Positions 56,501 through 64,000 of a DNA stretch of 64,000 bases are shown here, piece after piece. The DNA comes from Anaeramoeba ignava BMAN (taxonomy: Eukaryota > Protista > Anaeramoebae): assembly GCA_028826165.1 (NCBI GenBank), contig JAPDFW010000068.1, forward strand, positions 62,001 to 126,000, written 5' to 3'. The notes below the pieces were generated by a model that was not told where the DNA came from, made no database searches, and saw only the letters and a list, made by a program, of their open reading frames with translations. Position 1 is the stretch's first letter. Every line of letters begins with the position of its first letter. The position numbers and the translations under genes were made by a program.

Positions 56501-59500
56501 AATTCTAGCTTTTTCAGTCTTTATTAAGAAAATATTTATTTTTATATTAATTTTAATTTTAATTTTTTAATTTTGATTTTGATTTAATTTTAAATTGATT
56601 TTGATTTTAATTTTAATTTTAATTTTAATTTTAAATTGATTTTAATTTTTTGAATTGATTTTAATTTTAATTTTAATTTTAATTTTTAATTTTAATTTTG
56701 ATTTTAATTTTAATTTTTTAAATTGATTTTTAATTTTAATTTTGATTTTAATTTTAATTTTAATTTTAATTTTAATTTTAATTTTGATTTTAATTTTAAT
56801 TTTAATTTTGATATTGTGTTACTTCATTTAAATCTTCAAAATAAACAATCTTTTTTTCACCAGGAACATTGCTTGGAAATTTCTCTTCTTCTAATTGAGA
56901 AACAATCTGTTTATATTCTCCTTTATTTGGGAGATAAACATCGCCTCTCCAAATCCAGTCCATTTTGCGTTTACATTCATTTCTAGGATCATTATAAATA
57001 CAACCAGCACATCTCTTTTCATTTGTAATTGAAGAAGGTTGAAGTCTGTTTGTTAAAATGATATTAGGATACATAGCAGCAACGTCAAGATGATAAATAA
57101 TCGGTTTTTCTGTTCTTTTTGGATTATCCCTAAGATTCTCCAGTTTTTGGATCACATCTTCACGAACTTTTTGATAATTTTCAACTGATTCAAAAGGAAT
57201 TCTGACTTCTTTTTCAATTGAAAATTTCAGTGTGTGATCTAAATTATCAATTAAATATTGAAAAGCAGAAGGATCGAGATTAAATGAATATTCGAGATCA
57301 TTCCTGTAAATTCCACTTGAAATTGCTTCAACATGACCACCTATATATGTTTCACTCTTAAGAAGTTTTCCATCAACAAAATTCATCAGTTGTTTTTTCT
57401 TCTTGTTTGGAAATACAATTTCTGCTTCAAATCCTTTAACCATTAAAAGAGTTTCACATAATGTTCCACTCCCTTTTCGAAGAACATCATCTGGATTCAT
57501 TGGGATAATTGAACATAACGAAAAGATAAAAGGATGAACATATTTTAGATATAAATAATAAGTTGCAACTGCATCAGATACTGAGTAATTTGCTAATGTT
57601 TGTGGTTGTTCGTGTGCAAATTTTGTCATATCTTCTGGATCAATTTCAAGTGGTTCATATCCTAGTTTTGCTTTAGTAACAGCTTTTAAACCTAATTTAT
57701 TTTTATATTTGATTTTAATTTTGAATTTGATTTTAATTTTGATTTAAATTTAAATTTTAATTTTAATTTTGATTTTGATTTTGATTTTAATTTTATTTTA
57801 ATTTTGATTTTGATTTTAATTTTGATTTTAAATTTGATTTTAATTTTGATTTTAATTTTAATTTTAATTTTAATTTTGATTTTAATTTTGATTTTGATTT
57901 TGATTTTAATTTTGTTTTTGATTTTGATTTTGATTTTTAATTTTAATTTTGAATTTAATTTTAATTTTTAATTTTAATTTTAATTTTAAATTTGATTTTA
58001 ATTTTAATTTTGATTTTGATTTTAATTTTGATTTTTGATTTTGATTTTGATTTTGATTTTGATTTTGATTTTGATTTTGATTTTGATTTTGATTTTGATT
58101 TTGATTTTGATTTTGATTTTGATTTTGATTTTTGAATTTTGATTTTGATTTTGATTTTGATTTTGATTTTAATTTTAATTTTAATTTTAATTTTAATTTT
58201 AATTTTTAATTTTAATTTTGATTTTAATTTTGATTTTGATTTTATATTTTGATTTTAATTTTAATTTTAATTTTAATTTTAATTTTAATTTTAATTTTGA
58301 TTTTGATTTTGATTTTGATTTTAATTTTGATTTTAATTTTGATTTTAATTTTGATTTTGATTTTGATTTTAATTTTGATTTTGATTTTAATTTTAATTTT
58401 GATTTTAATTTTGATTTTGATTTTGATTTTGATTTTGAATTTTAATTTTGATTTTATATTTTGATTTTAATTTACCTTGACTTCCCATTGGAAGATAAGA
58501 ATCTCTTTTAACCCAACGAAAAATATCCAAATGAGGACAAAATTTACATTTAAATTCTTCTTTCAAATCTTTATAATAACCAATTTCCTGAAACATATCA
58601 ATTCCATGAAAATGTGCTCGAGATTGAACAAAAGGCCAATCAAAAAAATCACCATTAAAAGTAACAATAACATTTGGTTTAACTTGGCGAATATGGAAAA
58701 AAAATCTTTTGAGAAGGTCTTTTTCATTTTTCTCATTAAAAATATGGAATTTGCCTTCAAATTCAGGTTTTGGAGTATATTCCAAATTTTTGATATCAGT
58801 TGAAACAATCTCACGATTAACAATCAAGTAACCTTTTCCAGAAAGCATATAAGAAATCATCATAACTTGGTCTACTTGAGGATCAGGAAATTTTAAAGGA
58901 CTTTTAGTTGTTTCTATATCAAAAGCTAATATTTGCAATTCGGGTCTGTCTTCGAATTCAGAAACATGAGTTAGTATTGAATTTCCTTCAAAATAACGAA
59001 CATTGTACCAATATCCTACTCTTATTCCTGTGTCAATTGCTACCCGAATGTAGTACGGTATATCATATTCTCGAATTTCAGTTATGAAATCTAATCCTTC
59101 AATTCGGATTTTTGTTGAACTAGTTTTTTCTATTTTTTTTTGCAATTCATTCCGCACAAAAACTAAATCTTCTACAACTCTAAAGCTTATTTTAATGCAT
59201 TTTCTTCTGATTCCTGATAGATGATTTTTCTTCATTTTTCGAATTTATTTATTTTTTTTTTTTCCAATTTATAATTTCAAAAATTTTTATTTAGGGTTTT
59301 TCAGTTAAAAATTTCTTTCAGTTTTTGATTTTCAAACCAAATCAAGATCTTCTTTTTCAAGAACAACCATTTTCGATATTTTTGTTTCATATATTCTTCT
59401 AAGTGAACTTTCAACTTCGATCATTCTATCATTTTCAAATAAAACTAAAAAATATGGTTCAAATTGTAATGTTGATTTAAAAGTGCTTCCATTCTATTAA

Positions 59501-60496
59501 ATTTTTAAATTGATTTTTATTATTTTGATTTTGATTTTGATTTTAATTTTGATTTTAATTTTGATTTTGATTTTGATTTTGATTTTAATTTTGATTTTGA
59601 TTTTGATTTTGATTTTGATTTTGATTTTGATTTTGATTTTAATTTTAATTTTGATTTTGATTTTGATTTTGATTTTGATTTTGATTTTGATTTTGATTTT
59701 GATTTTGATTTTGAAATTGATTTTGAATTTGATTTTGATTTTGAAATTGATTTTGATTTTGATTTTGATTTGAATTTTGATTTTGATTTTAATTTTGAAA
59801 TTGATTTTGATTTTGATTTTAATTTTGAAATTGATTTTAATTTTGATTTTGATTTTGATTTTGATTTTGATTTTGATTTGAATTTTGATTTTGATTTTAA
59901 TTTTGATTTTGATTTTTGAAATTGATTTTGATTTTTGATTTTGATTTTGATTTTAATTTTGAAATTGATTTTGATTTTGATTTTGATTTTGATTTTGATT
60001 TTAATTTTCATTTTAATTTTAATTTTGATTTTGATTTTGATTTTGATTTTGATTTTGATTTTGATTTTGATTTTGAAATTGATTTTCATTTTCATTTTCA
60101 TTTTGATATTAAATTAGGGAATTGAAAATTGAAAATTGAAAATACTTGTTCAATAAAATAAAGATCAACTGCACTTTTTAAAATTCCTGTTTCATTTTCC
60201 TCAATAGTTGTCTTGAATATTTTTTTTTTAAATGAAAGAAAAAAGGAAGATTTAAAAATAATCTTACTAGAAATTTTATTTAAAAAATTTATTACAGGTT
60301 GAAAATTGAAAAGCCAAGCCAATCTTGGATTATAATCTTTATATTCTTCAAAACCAAAAAGAAATTCTGTTTGTTGTTCTATTTGTTTTCTAAGTTTTCG
60401 ATTTTCAGATAAATTTGTTTTATTTTTATTTTTAAATTTATTTTTAAATTGATTTTTAAATTGATTTTTATTTTTTTTTGAATAAGTTGGAAACAT
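50526..60496 (-). CDS. POLE: DNA polymerase epsilon catalytic subunit, intein-containing; about six exons, frameshifts near 53300 and 51318
   Basis: LAFDIETTK (ExoI), TFNGDFFDWPF, WVKRDSYLP, YSVSDAVATY, YHLDVAAMYPNIILTNRLQP, KCILNSFYGY, ELD/TDG, FEVDGPY, ELKGFEVKRRGE and C-terminal Cys clusters. Confidence 0.97.
54716..56074 (-). mobile_element. Intein (453 aa) in Pol epsilon at the ELD|TDG active-site motif, with a degenerate LAGLIDADG endonuclease region
   Basis: In-frame insert begins Ser (SLDWRENIIL) and has block B VRVTDSHSIF, block F YVYDLSVEKNNNF and block G LLCHN followed by Thr+1. Confidence 0.95.
57700..58470. repeat. (TTTTGA / TTTTAA)n microsatellite filling a POLE intron; similar arrays at ~56550-56810 and ~59510-60110
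   Basis: Visible arrays inside GT-AG introns of POLE. Confidence 0.9.
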
Positions 60497-60567
60497 TATT
60501 TTAAAAAAGAAAAAGAAAAAATTAAATTTCATTTTTTAATTTAAAAAAATTTTTTTTTATAGTTTTT

Positions 60568-60581
60568 TGTTTTTAACGGTT
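60568..60581. promoter_or_regulatory. Candidate MYB/MSA-like element TGTTTTTAACGGTT upstream of POLE
   Basis: Identical 14-mer at 61887-61900; about 70-85 bp upstream of the ATG. Confidence 0.45.
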
Positions 60582-60632
60582 TTAATTAATTAATTAATTA
60601 AAAAAAAAAATTATTTAATTTGTTTTTTATTT

Positions 60633-61823
60633 TCATTTCCTAAATAAACGTGGAATAAATTGATTTTGAACTTCAAATGTTTGAATATCTTTTAAAGAGA
60701 TTGTAAATTCAGTTTTTTCTTGTTCTTCTTCTTGTTTTAACTAAATAATAATAATAAAAAAAAAAGTGGAACAAAATTATTAAACAAATTTTTGTTTTTT
60801 AAATTAATTAATTAATTAATTAATTAATTTTTACATCTCTTAATAAATTATATTCAATAATTGCACTTTCCCAATTCTTTCCAAAAAACTTATAAATTTT
60901 TTGTAATTCATTTTCTTGTTCGGTATTTTTCTTCATCAAATTCTTTCCAATTTTTTGTATTTTTTGAATAAAATTTTCACAATCAATAATTTCATTTTCC
61001 AAATCTTCAATTTTTTGGTCTTTTGTTTCTAATTGATTATGATATTTATCAACAAAAATTTGAGAATTCTCTTTTAAATTTGACATTTGATTTCCAAAAA
61101 ATTGGAAAAATGCCAAAAAATCTTTTTGAAGATCAAAAAGTTGTTTTTTTGTTTCAAGAATTTTTTGTTGAACATCTTTGAGAATATCATAATTCGGGAG
61201 ATTTTCCTTAGATGTTTGTGATAAATCAGTTGATTCTTTGATTTGGATTTTGGAAATATTAAAAATAAGAGATTTATTGTGAGTTTGTGTTTTTGGTTTA
61301 ATTCCCAATAAAGAGAAAAAATTTCTACGAAAATTTTTCTTTGAGCGAGTATATTTGATTCTTTTTACTTGTTTTGGAAATGATTGAATTTTTGAGATAT
61401 ATTTAGGAAAAGTAATTTCTTTTGGTTGAGTATTTTTAAATAAATCAATAACAGGTTTTTTGTCTTTTAATTTTTGATTTTGATTTGATTTTCTTTTTTT
61501 TGATTTTTGATTTTTGATTTTGAATTTGAATTGATTTATGTTTTTGATTTTGAATTGATTTTTGATTTTGAATTTGAATTGATTTTTGATTTTGATTTTG
61601 ATTTTGAATTGATTTTTGATTTTGATTTTGAATTGATTTATGTTTTTGATTTTGAATTGATTTTTGATTTTGAATTGATTTTTGATTTTGAATTGATTTT
61701 TGATTTTGATTTTGAATTGATTTTTGATTTTGATTTGATTTTTGATTTTGAATTTGATTTTTGATTTTGAATTGATTTTGGAATAGAATTATTTAAAGGT
61801 TGAAGAGCAATTCTTGTTGTCAT
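60633..61823 (-). CDS. Coiled-coil protein with an N-terminal D-box-like motif; intron near 60740-60835 and a frameshifted repeat region at 61500-61770
   Basis: MTTRIALQPLNN start, ORF 60820-61308 extends upstream in frame, and a last exon LKQEEEQ..RLFRK*. Confidence 0.55.
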
Positions 61824-61886
61824 TTTAGAAAAGAAAAAGGAAAAAAATGATAAAAAAAATTTTGTTTTCTTTTTAATTTTGTTTTA

Positions 61887-61900
61887 TGTTTTTAACGGTT
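61887..61900. promoter_or_regulatory. Candidate MYB/MSA-like element TGTTTTTAACGGTT upstream of the D-box gene
   Basis: Identical to 60568-60581, with the same orientation and similar distance to the ATG. Confidence 0.45.
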
Positions 61901-62068
61901 ATTTAACAAATAGAAAAAATAAAAAGAAAAATTAATTTTGATTTTCTTTAATTTTCTTTAATTTTTTTTAATTGAAAAAAGTTGTATTTTTGTTTTTTTG
62001 GAAAGTTGATATTCAATTATCAAAAAATAATTGGATTAAAAAAAAATTGAAACAGATCAAGAGAAAAA

Positions 62069-63470
62069 TTAATCTTTTTTAGGAGAATAACTTGGAGTTC
62101 TTAAGTTTCTTGGAGCAGGACTTTGTGATCTGTTTAAAGGAGAAGCAGATCTTGAATTTGGAGCAGCTCTTTGAGGAGAAGGAGTATTAGAACCAGATTT
62201 ACGAGGAGGAGATCTTGAATTATGATTTAATGAACCATCTCTAACTGGTGATCTTGAAGGTGATCTTGATGGTGTTCTTGGTTTTCTTTCCATTGATGGT
62301 GTTCTTGATTTTCTTTCTCTTGATAATGATCTTGATGGTGTTCTTGGTTTTCTTTCTCTTGATGGTGTTCTTGATCTTCTTCTTCTTGGTGGTGATCTAG
62401 ATCTTCTTGGTGGTGATCTTGATCTTCTTGGTGGTGATCTAGATCTTCTTCTTCTTGGTGGTGATCTTGATCTTCTTCTTGGTGGTGATCTAGATCTAAA
62501 TAATTTATTATATTTGATTTATATTATTTAATTTATAATATTTAATTTATATTATTTAATTTATAATATTTGATTTATAATATTTGATTTATAATATTTA
62601 ATTTATAATATTTAATTTATATTATTTAATTTATAATATTTAATTTATAATATTTAATTTATAATATTTAATTTATATTATTTAATTTATAATATTTAAT
62701 TTATAATATTTAATTTATAATATTTAATTTATAATATTTAATTTATATTATTTAATTTTATATATTTAATTTATATTATTTAATTTATAATATTTAATTT
62801 ATAATATTTAATTTATAATATTTAATTTATAATATTTAATTTATATTATTTAATTTATAATATTTGATTTATAATATTTGATTTATAATATTTAATTTAT
62901 AATATTTAATTTATAATATTTAATTTATAATATTTAATTTATATTATTTAATTTATAATATTTAATTTATAATATTTAATTTATAATATTTAATTTATAA
63001 TATTTGATTTATAATATTTGATTTAAAATATTTAATATATAATATTTGATTTATAATTTTTAATTTATATTATTTAATTTATAATACCTAAATGAACCTC
63101 TTCCTCTTGGTGGGAATCGACTTTTTCTTTCAAGACCTTCATCATAATCTAATTTAAGTCTTCTTCCTTCAAAAGAATATCCTTGAAATCTATGATAAGC
63201 ATCTTCTGCATCTCTTTTATCCACAAATGTAACAAAACCCCAACCTTTATTTAAAAAATGAAATTAATTTTTTTTTTGACAAAACAATAAAATAAAAAAT
63301 TATTCAAAAAAAGAAGGAGTAACTTACCTCTACTTCTTCCTGTTCTAAAATCTTTTCCAATCATTACACGTTGAAGTTCTCCACATTTTAAAAATAAATG
63401 TTCTAAATCTTTTTCATCAACAAAGAAAGGAAGATTGCCAACATATAAGCATCTTGAAGGTTCTTTTTCC
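62069..63470 (-). CDS. SR-family RRM splicing factor (SRSF2/SRSF10/Tra2-like); 5' part not located in the window
   Basis: RNP2 LYVGNL, RNP1 RGWGFVTF, EGRRLKLDY and an RSRSPPRR-rich tail; introns 62496-63087 and ~63245-63328. Confidence 0.88.
62500..63085. repeat. 14-bp minisatellite (ATTTATAATATTTA) filling an SR gene intron
   Basis: Visible tandem array. Confidence 0.88.
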
Positions 63471-64000
63471 CTGATTAATATTTTACAGTTAAATTATTCA
63501 AAATCAAAAATCAAAGAAAATCAAAAAAAAGTTTTTTTGTAAAATGAATATATTTATAAATTTATGAAGTCAAAATCAATTTAAAATCGAATTAAAAATT
63601 AAATCAAAATCAAATCAATCTAAAATCAAATCAAGTCAAAATCAATTTAAATCAAGTCAAAATCAATTTAAATCAAGTCAAATTCAAGTCAAATCAAAAC
63701 CAAGTCAAAATTAATTAGAATCAATTTAAATTAAAATCAAGTCAAAATCAAATAGAATCAGCAAATCAAATGACAACCAAAAAAAAAAGAAAATCAAAAG
63801 AAATCAAAAAATTCATCTTGCATTTAAGCAAATAAATTTCAAGACAAAGAGCATAAAGATAAAGGATCATAAAAAAAAGGTTTTTGATTTGTTAATTAAG
63901 TATATCAACATGAATTGAATAAAAATAATCAATCCAATCAAAACCAAAACCAAAACCAAAATCAAAACCAAAACCAAAACCAAAATTAAAATATCAATCC

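Overview
Gene-dense, extremely AT-rich eukaryotic nuclear DNA with spliceosomal introns and the standard genetic code. The organism is probably an anaerobic protist such as Anaeramoeba; this is inferred from composition, ankyrin-BTB and TLDc genes and a nuclear intein, and is not proven. About 19 genes are present: BTB-TLDc protein (partial), importin-5, a coiled-coil protein, AP-1 gamma adaptin, RPL12, a USP25/28-like UBA-UIM deubiquitinase, an Asn-rich protein, a very long coiled-coil protein, ALG7/DPAGT1, an ankyrin-BTB protein, FolD, four tandem Rab GTPases, another coiled-coil protein, DNA polymerase epsilon, a D-box coiled-coil protein and an SR/RRM splicing factor (partial). Highlights: (1) a 453-aa intein splits the catalytic D-T-D motif of Pol epsilon and carries a decayed LAGLIDADG endonuclease; (2) importin-5 has an AT-AC intron with a perfect U12-type donor; (3) many introns are filled with gene-specific AT minisatellites, one of 7.4 kb, and many end in AAG acceptors; (4) the USP lacks its catalytic Cys and His; (5) an identical 14-bp MYB/MSA-like element lies upstream of two adjacent, probably cell-cycle genes. 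Several single-base frameshifts look like consensus errors, and most small ORFs in the track are repeat artefacts.
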